This document shows, piece by piece, positions 1 through 19,020 of a stretch of DNA of 64,000 nt. The notes under the pieces are model-generated. The model worked only from the letters and a program-made list of their open reading frames with translations. It ran no database searches and was not told the origin of the DNA. Made by a program: the position numbers and the translations under genes. How positions within the stretch are numbered: position 1 is the first letter of the stretch; each line of letters starts with the position of its first letter. Origin of the DNA: the human T2T-CHM13v2.0 reference genome, Homo sapiens; NCBI RefSeq assembly GCF_009914755.1, contig NC_060932.1; one strand, given 5' to 3'.

Positions 1-261
1 GCCTCAGGAAACTTATAATCATGGTGGAAGGTGAAGGGGAAGCAGGTTCCGTCTTATGTGGCGGCAAGAGAGCGAGTGAGCAGAAGGCAAACTGCCACTT
101 TTAAACCATCAGATCTCGTGAGAACTCACTCATTATCACAAGATCTGCATGGGGGAAACCTTCCCCATAATCCAGTCACCTCCTACAGGTCCCTCCTTCA
201 ACATGTGTGGATTACAATTTGAGATGAGATTTGGGTGGGGACACAGAGCCAAACCATGTCA
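1..261 (-). mobile_element. MST/THE1-type MaLR LTR (MSTA-like), cut by the window edge
   Basis: aaaccatcagatctcgtgagaactcactca...gagatttgggtggggacacagagccaaaccat typical MaLR LTR end. Confidence 0.8.
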
Positions 262-1282
262 TTGCTATTTCAACCAGAGAAATTGAAACCATTTTTACGT
301 GATTAGGCCCAGCAGCTGTTGCCCTGAGAACTTCAGAATCCCCAGCAACTGATTATGGAGTCTCCTTGAGGGCTGGCAGATCCAGGGATGCACCAGTATG
401 GGATGCAGTTTTTCAGCTGATTTAGAGGCCCCTCTTGTATGCCAGGCCCTGAGTCCTTTTAGCCATATGACAGCCCAATGAGGCGAGGAGGGGGGATGCA
501 GGGGGTTTGAAAGGCTTGGATAGTGGCAGAGCGTGATTAGAACTCAAGCCCACAGGCACCTGCCGGCTGACGTCTCCTCTCATGGTGAGTTTGTCAAGAG
601 GGATCTGTTGTGTGTTAAACCCTGTGTGGGTGATAAAGAGAACAAGTATGGAACAATTTTGTGTGAATTTTAGCTTCCCAGTCTACTTGGGGAGGTGCTG
701 CTGATGGAATGAAACACATCCCAGTGTAACTTCTCTGTAGTTTGGTGACCTATCCATCACTAGCATGATGGTTCTCTTGGATTTGAACTTTCCAAAACAT
801 GTTCCTAACCCACTAGGCCTTTCTTCCCAACCCACCATGTGAGACCACCCAGTAGGATTTTCCCTCGTTTTCCACCCAGAGGATTGGAAAGGACACTAGG
901 GAGTGCAGACATCTGGAACTGAACCATCTGTGGCTGAGAGGAGTGGCGACTGAGCCTGCGTGCCAATCCGGGCAGTGCCTGGCATTGTGGGGATGCAAAA
1001 CAGATAAGAAAGTGATCCTTTCTGAAGGGACTGTGGACAAGGCGAGGAGAAAGAGGTAGACAGAAAGTGAGTGTAGAGATAGAATTTGACAGTGGCTCTG
1101 AGCTGTAAGACTGATGTCTGGGAAGAGAGTGGGGACTTGGAGATGAGGATAATGAAGAACCCTTCACAGGGACGGGCACTTTCCAGCAGGCCTTGTAGAA
1201 TGACAGATGTCCTGACACTGCTCTGTGTCCCTGGACAGGTCATTTCCCTTTCTGAGTTACCTCATCATTAAAATCAGAAGAT

Positions 1283-1392
1283 AGGCGTAGTGGCTTGTAC
1301 CTGTCATCCCAGCACTTTGGGAGGCCGAGGTGGGAAGATTGCTTGAGCCCAGGAGTTCAAGACCAACCTGGGCAACATGGCGAAACCCCGTG
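1283..1392 (+). mobile_element. Alu left monomer / FLAM-like fragment
   Basis: cccagcactttgggaggccgaggtgggaagattgcttgagcccaggagttcaagacc with no right arm. Confidence 0.8.
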
Positions 1393-2114
1393 TTGGGACA
1401 ATAAATGGAGTAGTCACCTGTATCTCTGGGAGGTGCTGAGGGTTCTAGTGGAGTCCATCTCACACTTCACACCCATGCAAGACGTCCCTGTCCCCGCCTG
1501 GTGCTGCCGGGCCACAGGCATCTCTGCTGTAAGTGGAGAGAGAGGGCTTCTCCTTCAGCTGTCTTAGGAATGAAAAACATTTGGGTGTTTAATATGCTTT
1601 TTCAAGAGCCCTTTGCTTGGATTGTGGATTTCTAGACATCCCTTTTCACATAGTTGATGCCTGAAAGGCCAAATGTGAATGAAGTTGTCTCAGCTCTGCT
1701 AAATTAGATTACCAGTTAATGCAATTACAGAATTTAATCTTTTGGCCAAGCTCTGGTGGAGACAAGGTAACCAATTCAGTTATAGGGGCTCAGTTATTTC
1801 TTGTGAAAAATAACAGTGTTCTGTGGAGCAGCCTAGACTGAAATACCATGAACATAAAATGAAATCATTTATATGCTTAGCAAACATTTTTGAGCACCTG
1901 CTGTGTATCAGACAGGACATTGGGAGCTATTGGGGGCAGGGCATGGAAGATACTAAGCAGTGAGTAAGCCCCAGTCCCTCCCCTCCAAGAGTTCAAGCCA
2001 GAGCCCTTTTGCTGGGATGGAGAGGGAGGCAGTGATGTTCTGAGATCTGCCTTCCACAATTTCACCTGCTCCTTCCCTTGCTGATTGGTGATTCCTCTGT
2101 AGGATAGAACTTGA

Positions 2115-2615
<501 letters not shown>

Positions 2616-2939
2616 TAGACAAACGGGGCCCACTCCGTTCCTAGAGCCCTGTGAGGCTGCATTGTTTCGTGGGTGATGCTGACTTCATTCATGAGCATTT
2701 AATGGGAGCCCAGCACAAACTCCACATCACTGAATATCTTGACTCAAGACCCTGGGAGCAGAATGAATATATGGAATTGAGAGCAATCAGTGTCTGTGTG
2801 TGGCGGTTCTCAAACGTTAGTAAGTGTGAAAATCACCCACATTGCTGGGTCCCGCCCTCAGAGTTTCTAGCCTGTGAGTTTCTAGTCCAGGGCAGAGCCA
2901 GAAAATCTGCATTTCTTACAGACTCTGGGCCAGTGCTGA

Positions 2940-3303
<364 letters not shown>

Positions 3304-3468
3304 ACAGGAGGGAATTAGTTCAACCAAACCAATGTTGAGAGACACAAGGCAAGTCATACTCCTTTGAATTGTCCCCTGGGGTAGGACCTTGGAGACCAGC
3401 AGCCTCGCCTTCATCTTAGCCTCTCTCTGGGGTGGAGGATAAAGGTAGCGGCTCGTGGGGTGGGCTGA

Positions 3469-3645
<177 letters not shown>

Positions 3646-5439
3646 TGATGGCAGGTGGGGAGGTTTGGAGGGGAGGGGGGCTCCTCACTAGGGAGGGCTC
3701 CTTTTCCAGACCCTCATGCCAAGTGGGCCACTTGCACCATGTTCTGGCATTAACCTAATTACAGCCGGGCAAGGCAGGAGCTCCAGTTTCCTCCTCTGCT
3801 CCACTGCTGCGGCCTTGTTAGTATCTATTTAAAGCCATGTGCACGCCAAGGCGGGGTGGGCAGGCACATGTCCCCCAGCCCCCGTGCAAGAGCTGGACTT
3901 ACTTTGATGTGGTTGAAATAAACTAGGCACATACACAGATTACGTCAGTTTCCATCCGCCCCAGAATCCTTGGTCACATCATGCACCTCCCCTCCAAGGC
4001 TGGGAGTGATTTCTGCCGGGGTATGTAAGGCAGCTTTGTGGGGTGTGGGGATGCATTTTGCCCCAGACACTATCACATCCAGATGTTTTGGTGCTTGATA
4101 AACTCTCTTGATGCATTCTGAACTGGGGCTGGGTCTCTGGTATTACTAGGGTGTCCACTGTAACTAATTGATGAAGTGCAGCTTCCAGTGCTTCCTCTAG
4201 AGGACGCCCCATGAGGCACCTCATGCATTTTGAATGCAGCTGAGCCCTGTTGTCACCCACCGCTGACAACATGAATTTCGATAATCACACTGCATCTTTT
4301 ATGCTTGGGAGTTCTCTCCTCGTACAGAAAGCCTGAGGGCATGTCGTTCATTTTGATGGTGGATCTTAGGCTGATCTGAAATGAACATTATAAAAGGGTC
4401 CCCTTCTTTCTTCCTTCCTTTCTCCCTTTTATGTTCCCTCCTCCCCTTTGCCTGTTGGGATCTCTCCATCTCTGTGTCTCCACTTCTCTTCCCTTCTTTC
4501 CTGATTTCTGTTTCATTTTATCTTTCATTTGACTCTTTCTCAGTCCCTCTGTCATTCTCTCTCTGTGTCTTTCTTTCCCTGTTAGGAAGGGAGCCATTTG
4601 ACCTCTATGGCTTGGTTTCTACTTCCCTGCATCATGCAATCCACATGGATCAAGGTGGGCTGTGGGATTTTTTTCACTGGCGGGTGACTTGCTGCAAGCC
4701 CTGGAACAAATTGCTCAATGATGACTGAGTCATCTTGTCCCAGAGATGATGACTTCCAGACGGACCCAGCGACTCCTGGCCCTGGTTCTTTGGAGTGCTC
4801 CTGGGGCCTCTGTCCTTAGGCTACACATCAAATGGTTGCTGCCTTTCTGTCTTCTCCTGGCACCTTGAAGGAATTGCCTTTTAGAAATAAGAAAGCATTC
4901 ACCTAAAATAATGTAACCTACTCAGAATGAGCTTTGAGTTGTTTTCTAGGAGATATTGTGGATGACGATGGAATCGGTGGCCTTGGGCCACCCAGACACG
5001 CATTTGCAAGAAGGCAGCGCATTTGTGGGAATCAGCCTCTGTACAGAAGGCCGGCCACAGCACTGCTGCCCCCACGTAGTGTGGGGATGGTTGGCATAGT
5101 GTCTGAAAGGGGGAAAGAATGAGACGGCTTATTTTCTGTATTTTACTACTGCGCTGTACCTAGATGATGATGATACGTGAGTTAGGCTAACATTTCAACG
5201 TAATTTTGGATAGAGACCTTGTCTAAAGTTTACTTCATATTCAAACCTGTCCAAATGAGAAGACGGAGGGGTCCTACATGTCCCAGACTTTAGTTGGGGG
5301 AGGTGGAGTCGTGGGCCAGCCCTGCCGCAGGCCTCCTCCTCTCTGTCCCTCAGGGTTCTTCTCAGGTGGAGTTGCGGAGCTGGAGTGTGTTGTTGCGGTG
5401 CCCAGTTTGGACCTATTACCCCAACTCAGTGCCTGGTAG

Positions 5440-5763
<324 letters not shown>

Positions 5764-7984
5764 ACCCCTATTGTCTTTATAACCTTGACACACTGTGTGT
5801 CTTATGGGGTGAGCAGTAGGAGGGGACTTTAGTCTGTTCCCTTCCAGAGCCTTCTGAGTGTGAGTCCAAATGTGCCCACACCATGGTTCCCAGGATGGCA
5901 TTTGCATTCAAACTGTTACCCATTAATCTGTGAAAGCCTGAGCTTTAGACAAACCTGAGCTGCCAGAAAGGAATTTCCAGTGCATTCAGGTGCTAATGAG
6001 CAGGAATGAGAAGTCCTAGCTAACTTCCTAGGCTCTTAGGCTCTTTCCCATCTTGCTGGAACTTCCTAGCAACTTTGGGAGGCAGCCCTGGCAGGAATTT
6101 TTATATTTTGTTTTACTTTGCAGCTGAGTAAACTGAAGCTCAGAGCTCATGTATAGTGGAATTGGGGCTTGACTGTCAGGCATCTAACTTGAGGCCACAA
6201 ATATCCGTGTAAATGTTTGACTGACTTACCTTCATGCTTTGAGATTATTTTAATACGGTGATGCTTGTGACCTGTGTCTGTTGGGGCTTAGTTCCTTAAG
6301 AATCCTGATTGAAACAGTGGCCTGACACCCAGCAGAGATATGGGTAATGTACACACAAGGATTCCCAAATGACCAAGAAGGAAAGCTCTGTAAGGGAGTA
6401 TTAATTGTTTGCCTCCAGGATCAGTATTCATTCTTGGATCAAACCCCAGCTCCACTGTACACCAGCCACGTGATGCTGGGTGCTTCCTCATCATCTCCAC
6501 ATGTCCTTTTGCCATCTGCAAGGGGAGGATAGTAACCATGACTCATCTCACAGGGTGATGATGATGTGTACATGAGATATTGCAGGTAAAGATGGAGATG
6601 AGAAGCGTGACCAGTTATTGTGACTACAGGATGAAGGGGCTGGTCTAACCTTGAGCTTGCGAGGAAAGCAGAGTAAAGATGCCTGCTGACCCTGGACAAG
6701 GGTTTTCTGCTCAGAATTGTTTGTCCACTTCAGGTGGGTTCTTCTGGCCCCCTGAGGCAAGTGTGTGCACTGCCACAGCCCCCTTTCTGATGCTGCATTT
6801 CTTCCTCTGTGAATGGAGAGATTCTGAATTCATTGAATGCATTTTCATGATGTGATACTTTAGGCCTGCGTACCAGGAAAATAAATGGTCCCAACCACAG
6901 TTAGCTCCTCGACTTGCAGGGGAAGGATGCTGAGTGGAAAGTCACATTGGGAGGTAGTCGGGGCTACAAAAGGGGTACAAGTCAGGAGAGGTTGAGCCCA
7001 GAAGGGAGTCTCAGAGAGGTCAGGCTGCGTAAGCAGACTCGAAATTTTGCTATAAATGTGAGCTTTGAAAAATGATAATCCTGCCCTGGGAGGAGTAGTA
7101 ATGTCTCCTTCTCTTAGTGATCCACATGAACCTCCCCAGCCAAGACCTGCTGGTCCAGAATCTAAGACAAGAGAAGTTCGGGGAAGTGAGGATATGAGGT
7201 GAAACGAATGAGAACTGTTTTCACGTGCCTGCTTGAGCCAGCACGACTGCATCCTGCCTTCCCTGAGAGACACGCTGAGAGACACGCTGCTTCCATCAGC
7301 CGCTCTGTGGCTGTTCAGCAGGATGGCGTGTTCAGCCGGGGAGTGGTGTGTCATCAACCCAATTTGGCAGCTGAGGCAATGAACACAGAGCCAGGACCAG
7401 ACGACCTGGGGGCATTTTTACTCTTGAAAAGAACTTAGACATTGATCAACTTAATAGGCTCATTTCATGGAAGAAGTAGAAATGCAGAAATTGAAAATCT
7501 TGCCCTGGTTCATGTAGCCTGTGGGAATTAGAAACCATGATTCCAGGCTCCTGGCCACCTCTCTTTCCATGGAGGGCCCCTTGTGGGGATTTCTTCTCTA
7601 GAATGGGCTCCCTCTGACCACATTTTGTCCATGTGTGAAATCCAGCATGACTGCTGATGCCTTCCATGTGTGAGTGGTGGCCGTGGGCAGTGCGTGATGA
7701 CCTCATCTGATGGACATTCTTTTCCGTCCTCCTCCTCACCCCTCTCCCATAACCCGGGTGCAGAAACATTCAGGACATTAAACCCTGGGAACCTCAATTT
7801 GAGATAAGACCTCTTATGTCCTGTGGGTCAATAGGAGTGACTCAAACGTTATGAGAAGCACATGGTCGCAGGGCCTGTGAGGACCACCTCAGCTTGGGGA
7901 TGAGTCCTTAGTTAAGCTTATGCTTGATGTTGCAATCTTGAACAGAAAAGGGGGATGAGAGAGGAGAGAGGACAGTAGAGAAAG

Positions 7985-8135
7985 GGGGAAGATTTATTTT
8001 AAAGAATTATATTTAAGGAATCAACTCACACGATTGTGGGGATGGCAAGTCTGAAATCTGCAGATCAGGCCACAGACTGGAGAACCAAGGAAGAGCTGAT
8101 GTTGGCATCGGAGTCCAAAGGCAGAATTCCTTCCC
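7985..8135. mobile_element. MLT2-like ERVL LTR fragment
   Basis: aaggaatcaactcacacgattgtggggatggcaagtctgaaatctgcag...ggagtccaaaggcag resembles MLT2. Confidence 0.55.
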
Positions 8136-11100
8136 AATCTATGCCCTCACTTTTAACGGCAGATGGTCTGCAAGGTTGGGAATTCAATTTGCATTGTAAT
8201 TCAGCCACTGCCAGGATGAGATCCTACTTCTGGTTTTCAGCCATCTCAGCTCTGCATCTATGGGACATAAGGGCAGACATAGAAACTTTTGATTCATTCA
8301 TGTGGTGCTTGAGCTGGGAATTTGAATCCCTGAATTCATTCTTCTTTTTTCCCCCACTTTGTCTAGTACAATTAGGAGCAACCAACCACTCTCGTTATAC
8401 TTGTTAATTTTACAAAAATGTTTAAGGTATCTGCTACACACCCACCTAGAACCTTGCCTCTTAGAAGCCTTTGGGAGTATTTAATAATATTTTCTGTGTC
8501 TCTATTGTCCCATCATGCCCTGTACTCTCCTCTTTTTACTACTGGACGTAGAATCATTAGTGCCTTTCAACCCAATCAGATCTGAGAACGAATTTCAGAA
8601 ACCTCAGAACCCATTCAGAAAACTCATTTTTAAGATGATGTTCTTCTAGAACCACTCTTGCTACGAAAACCTGACAGCACAGTCCCCAGGCTGTTTGTTA
8701 GGGTCTGGCATAAATTCTTGGAAAGGCAAAGGAGAATGGTGAGAGCGTGTGTAACTGTCTGTCTGTCTGTCCATCCCAGTTGGTTTTCACTGTGCTTTGG
8801 TGGCTGCATATGGAGCTACAGATACTGATTTCCCACAGTTCCCACTTTGGATTTGTTCTCCTGCTTCTCGTCCATGGGAAATGACTGCCAGAGCTGGGAG
8901 CTATCAAGCATATTTAAACCGCAGCCTTCCATTTATTCTTCATGAATGCACACGGGCCCCAGACTGGTTGTAAATAAGCACCAGCTCCCATCCCCTGCAG
9001 TTCTTGGCCTTATAGAGAGCCTGCCAGAGGCTGGCTTGGTCACATCCTTCAGTTTAGACTTTACCTGGAGAAGAAAATCACAAAGGTCTAACGGGCACCC
9101 AGATAGCATCAGCAGTGTATTTAGAGAAGTGCAGAAGGGCCAATTAAGCCCATTTCGTGGTTTATTATTATTAGTGGTAATTATTTCTGGCATGCAGTTC
9201 AAGGGTGTCTGTGGCCTGGCTGAGCTCCGGAAGTGCATCCACAGCACCCTCCTGTGAATGTTTATAGACCCAGGAGGGGAGCCCTGGGTTGGGAGCTCCA
9301 GACCACTGGGGATGGGAGGCAGAGACTCTATGTATAGATCATACTCTTGTGGAGGTAGAGGCCTGGAACATGATGGCTAAACTCCTGTCGCTGATTCTGG
9401 GCTAAGAAAGAAAGAAAATCCAAAAGACAGCAAGGACCTCTGAATCCCTGAGGGAAGTTGAACAGAGCAAAGTAGAAATGAACCACAGGATGGCTCCATC
9501 CCTCCCCTGGCATCCACTGCCCCTGCCCCTGAATGTCCCTATCTTTGCTTAGCTGTGGCCCAGAAGTCCACTCAGCCTTTGTCTAAAGAGGCAGGTTCTG
9601 CTCAGCAGTGGCGTTGAGAGCTCAGACCCCATTTTGGGTTTTCTAGAGGCAGAAGGCCAAGTTCATTCTCTTGAAGTGAGGTAGATATTCCTGTGCACAG
9701 AGAGAAGGGGAATCCAGCTCCTCATAGAGCAGCTCCCCACCCCAAGCTGAGTTGTGTTTCGCAGGGAGAGATAAGCCTGTGGTCAGCAGCATTCATCCCC
9801 ATGGTATTCAGGCCACTTTCCAAGAACCAGCCCCTCCTTGTACTTAAGTTTCTAGAGGCAGGGCCGAGGAGCAGGCACAGGGAGAGGATGAGCGTCGGCA
9901 AGTTACAGGAAACTCAGGAAAATGTTTATGTGTGTCCAGGGATTTTCAGAGACTATCCAGCCATTCTTTATCTCCAAGTGCCTCTGCTCTCATGAACTTC
10001 TTCATGTGGACAAAAGCAGGAAGCCTTTAGGGCCACGCATCTCTTGTTTTCCTGTGACTTACACAGCCCTCACCTTTGTGCTTAGATGGACTGTGGCCAG
10101 CGGGACCTCCAGGCCTGGCTGGGTCAGGAGAGTTTTGCTTAACCAGATCTGTTTGATCCTTGAACCAAAAGCGGGGAGCCAGAGAGATCCTTTGAGAACT
10201 GATGACTGCTGCTGGGTCCTGCCCAGCCATTTGCATTTTATAAAGGTCTTTGGCAGCGGCCAAGGCCTTCTCATTATGTGGTGTTTTTCCACTTTGGGAT
10301 GAACCGGAGTGGTTTGTGCAGCCACCTGATAGCTCTTTGCACCAGCTTCTGCATGGGAGACTTTGAGCAGGCCAGGAGCCAAGGGGACCCTCCTAGGCCT
10401 TCCGAGCACCTAGCACTGGCCCTTTTCTTCCTCGGGGCTTCCTTCTGGAGGAGGTTTCCCTGGGTTTGGAGTCCTCCCTCCTGCTGGGGGTGGGGGCGTG
10501 GTTGCTGGTGGCCTGGAGTGAGCTGCCTGCTGTGGCCTCCAGCACTCCCCAGCTGAACAGCGAGTCCTTTGTGAAATTCCTGAGGCAGGAGGGGGCAGCT
10601 GTGCAGAGCCAGCTCTCAGAGTGGCCGACAGGGAGGGTGTTGTGGTGTATCATCAAGTGATAAGGCCTTCGGAAAGGCTGTGGAGAGGAAGGAAAACACA
10701 TTCCTGACTGTGGTGTGTTTGCCCTTGAGGGCCCTGTGTTTGGGGAAGTAGAGAAGCTTGGCTGCATTGTTGTGGGGTGGGAGTTAGCCCTGTGCTGGGG
10801 GGAGCTAGTGAGAGATGAATTCAGCTGACCTGGGATCAAATTCCAGCTTGGATGCCTTTAATTAATAACATATTAGACCATTTAATCAATTTAACACACG
10901 TTTTTGGAGTGCCTACTATGTGCAGGCAGGTAAATGATCTTCAAGGTGTCTCCATCAGGTGGAAAGTCAAAAATTCAGAACTGGGCAATGACTGGAGGGG
11001 AGGATGGGATTCTCAGGTGAAGGGTGTGAGACCCGAGTTGTGTTTTGGACGATGTTAAAGGAGGAGATCAGCTTCCAGTAGTGAAGAGCATCTGATGCTT

Positions 11101-11787
11101 TGGTGAGGAGGATTTTCTTTTAAGTCCTTGAATGCAGAAGGGCTCCTTTGGAAGATTTTATGCAAGAGAATGCCATGGAAAGATTATATTATAGTGGATC
11201 ACTCTGGAAGTGTCATGCGGAATGAATGGAGAGGTAGGAAGCGGGGTTGGGAGAGCAAACGTAAATCTAAGGTCCAATTGGGAGGCTCTGTTGGAATGAG
11301 CTGGCGAGAGATGATGAGGGCCTGATTTAAGGAACGATTGTATTGAAGGCACTAAGGTATTGGCATTCAGCGAATGTACATGAGTCTCAACTTTCTGGTT
11401 TACATCTGAATGGACAGAGAAGAGGACATGATCTGAGCATCAGGGAGTTGATGTTTGTCTTGGACATTGCATTAATATAGTTAGGCTAGGCTTCCAGAAA
11501 CTCTGAAATCCCAGTGGCATAATGTCCAGTTTGTTTCTCTCTCACAGAGTCAGCTGTGAAGATGGTGGCTGTAACGGACAGCTTCTTCCAGGCAGTGACT
11601 CAGGGATCCAGGCTGTCTCTTGAGGATATCTGGGGGGTTATGTATTTGCCCTGAAATACTTCGCCCTGGTGATGTCATGTGTGATTTCCTCCCGCAGACC
11701 TTTAGTCAGAGCTAGACACTGTGAAGGGCTAGGAATTGTGAAAAGATTGTGTGAATGAACAGGAAGGTTAAATTTGAGGTGCCATAG

Positions 11788-12318
<531 letters not shown>

Positions 12319-12618
12319 TGAGTCCTGGCGACTTGTTCACACTTCACATTCTGTCTTTCTTCAGACCAGACTGACCTGTTAGGCGAAAACAACATGGTGG
12401 CCAAGAGCAGCCATAAAACTGGGAGACCCTTGTTCACCAAACTAGGTTGGCTACATGAGTACAGGGAATTGTCATTCTAGCACCATTTTGGGAGGGGATT
12501 CTGGATAAAAACCTGGGCCATGTTGAAAGTCAAGCCAAGAAGGGAGAGGAGGCGTCAAAAGGACTCCACTTGGGTTGGTGTGATGCCATTCATGAGACAG
12601 CCCACCAAATAGGTGTAG

Positions 12619-12897
<279 letters not shown>

Positions 12898-13002
12898 TGA
12901 AATGACAGACAGTGGAGGACATCCTAGAAGCCAGTACTTATATGACAATATTTCTGAGGGTTGGAAATCTAAGACCTCTTCTAATAGGTCATTTCTTCCT
13001 AA

Positions 13003-15724
<2,722 letters not shown>

Positions 15725-15834
15725 GGAAGCCTAGATCTGTGGCTGTATTTTGTTGAAAAGGACAGCCAATTGGGCCAAATGATATTTCCTAAAGAGGGAT
15801 TGCCACCCCTGCAAATTAAACGAATTTTTTTTTG

Positions 15835-16290
15835 TTTTGAAATAATTATAGATTAAGAAGCAGTTGCAAAGATAGTACAGAGAGAGGTCCCGGGTACCCT
15901 TCACCCAGTTTCCCTCATGGTTACATCTTATATAAATGTAGAACAATATCAAAACCAGGACACTGACAGTGTCACAATGTGTGGGTATAGCTCTAGGCTG
16001 TGTGGCCACCTGTGGAGTCATGTGACCATCACCACAATCAAGATGCAGGTCTAGTCCAGCATTTCAGAGACCAACCTCTTGCTGCTCCTCCCCTCCACCC
16101 TCCCTAACCCTGGAAGAACCCATCTAGCCCCTCATCTGTTCTCCATCTCTACCATTTTGTTATTTGGAGAATGTTATAGAAATGGAGTCATACAGTGTGT
16201 GACCTTTGAGACGGTTTGTGTTTCACTTGGCACAACGCTCTTGACATCCATCTAAGCTGTCGTGTGTATCAATAGTTTGTTATTGAAAAG
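15835..16290 (-). mobile_element. Old L1M 3' fragment
   Basis: gaaataattatagattaagaagcagttgcaaagatagtacagagaga...aatggagtcatacagtgtgtgacctttgag resembles an L1MB/MC 3' end. Confidence 0.6.
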
Positions 16291-16293
16291 TAA

Positions 16294-16638
<345 letters not shown>

Positions 16639-18809
16639 TGAGGATGTTATGATTTGCAATTTGCTGGGAAAAGAATAGTTATTTCATTTTCTTTAGTGAG
16701 GTCAATAAGATTGTTACTCTCATAATCATTTTGGAATACCACAGCCTCTCTATCTATAGACCTTTAGAGCCTCTAAAGTGATGTCAGGATGTGCAAAGCT
16801 TCCAGAAGTCAGGCACCGCTCCATTTTCATAGGTTGGCACAGCACTTCTCATGGCAGTACTTGGTGCAAGGGACCTCAATGAAGCAGTGAGATGTCCTCT
16901 CCTGAGATGCCCACTGGGGACTTTGATCCTCTTAAGCCATTGTTTTCTCAGGCCAGTATCCATGCAGAAAACTGGATGACAGCCATTCTTATTATCTTAA
17001 AGGAATTGATTGACTGACTTCTCCCTAACAGAAGTACCCCCCAGCCATTTGATTGTTGTTTTAGGATCTGCCGCTTTGGGTATCTCTTCCCTCTGGGTCT
17101 GGGCTTTAGAGCTTAGAGATGTCCTCTCTTGTTAACAGGACCCAGGGCAAGTCTGTTAATGTCTTACGCTCCTCAGCTGAGAGTGAGGGGTTCAGAAGAG
17201 GTCTCCAAGTGTCCTGTGATTCTGTGAGGTCAGCAGACATTAAGCAGAGTTGTTAGACACTGCCGATTCCTCACAAGCAACATGGTATAGGCAGAAAAAC
17301 TGAAGGAATATGCCCAGAGGGAGAGCTTTGGAAAAGAAATGGGCCTCGGGCAGAAGAGTTTCGTGTCAGGAACTCATTTGAATCTTGAAGACAGCTCAGG
17401 CCAGCAAGCACTGACACCTCCCCCACACACCACGACAGCTTAGGGCAGGTTTCTGGCATTTCTCCGGGACAACCCTGGGACTTTGCCCTGTCCCAGTCCT
17501 CTCTCATTTGCACACACAGAGGTGTTTGGGCTGCAATGGGCTCAGGCTCAGCTCTGGCTTCTGCCACCTGTGAGGACCAGGGTGGTGGGTGTTTCTCAGA
17601 AGACTGTTCAAGTCTGTGTTTAAAGCTGTCTTTCTCCCTCTCCCACCACCACTCACTGGCTCAGCCTGGCAGCGCAGCCTTATGATCGCGCCCCTTACAG
17701 CCCAGATCATGACTTCTTGGGTGTCCTGACTGGCTATTTTATGGTCAGGGATCCTAGGGCCCTGCCCCATGAACCTCCCTATTCATGTGCCTGTAACTTC
17801 ACATTCTCATTGACTCTTTCATTTGACCTTCTCAATAAAGGGACTGGTATTATTATCCCAATTTGGGAAAATAAATAAACGGAGGCTTAGAGAGCTTAAG
17901 TGACCAGTCTAATGTTACATAGCGATTTTGCGGTTGAGCCAGAATTAGAACCCAAAATTGTTCAGGACTCTTCCCTGCCAGACTGCATATGCAGCCTCTT
18001 GGTCAGGCTTAGACGGGGAAAATGCTTCCCCTCTCTTGCAAGGTTGCTTCCCCCAGAGGTGCTATAAATGGCTGGCTGGGCTCGTTATTTAAGACACAAA
18101 TGACCTAGCTGGGGAACTTGCATTTGGAGTTCTTAACCTAGAAGACGAGACAGTGGGAAGGAGAGAAGATTTGGGAAGACAGATTCTGCCCTCCAGACAT
18201 TTTCACCCCAACCTACCCTGCTTTTACCTCCAGGTGACCTATGGAAGAAATGTTGACTTTCAAAGCGGTGCTTTTCCATCCCCACCTGTTTTAAAGAGCC
18301 AGCACTAAGCATGTGCCTGTTCGTTCATCTTCTGGGAAAATGCAACCAGGAGACTTTCCCTGCATAGTACAGTGTTTCCTACCATGAGGCTAATTAGCTT
18401 TAGTTCAGAGCATCTAGCTAACTATTATCGACAGCCCTGTTGCTAAGCCTTTGCTTGGATTTTCCAGGCATCTGGCCCGATGAGTAATTTTAGGGAGCCT
18501 GTGTGGATGTAGGTTAAAAATGTCTATGCATGGTGAGTGAGGAAGCCTCCCTGCATCATGGTTTGATGGAGAGTAGGCTCTGAGTATCTGGGAATTGTGA
18601 TCTGACCCTTGGACTTGTCAATGTTAAGTCACTGAGAGTCATGGGGCTGGTTCTTCCATCTTTTAAAAATGATAGATGGCCCCAGAGGTCTTCTAGGTGC
18701 TCATTTATAAGCAACAAGACTCAACGCATGCATTGTGTGAGATCTTGGATGCTGCAGGGCTGGCAAGTGTTAGCAAAGTGCAATAAAGAGCCAGACAGTG
18801 AATGAGTGA

Positions 18810-19020
18810 AGATTTTCTAAATGCCTACTGTGAGCCAAATAGTGAGCTAGATGCTTTTGTTCATTTTATTTCATTTGATTCTCACATGAGTCCTGCAAAG
18901 GGGGACCTACTTACCCCTCACAGATGAGGAGGTGGAGGCTCAGGGGTGTGAGGGATGCATCCAAAGTCACATAGCTGGTGAATGGCATACCTGGGGTGTG
19001 AACCCAGGGCAGATGTCTCC
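18810..19020. mobile_element. MIR SINE (further MIR remnants near 17830-17960, 22780-22960, 59215-59400)
   Basis: cagatgaggaggtggaggctcagg...ccaaagtcacatagctggtgaatggc...gaacccaggg MIR core. Confidence 0.65.

Noticed and set aside
7262-7290. 12-bp tandem duplication ctgagagacacg
   Set aside because: Ordinary slippage; no functional hint
18060-18070. TATA-like GCTATAAATGG in intron 11 as an internal promoter
   Set aside because: Isolated short motif with no CpG island or other support
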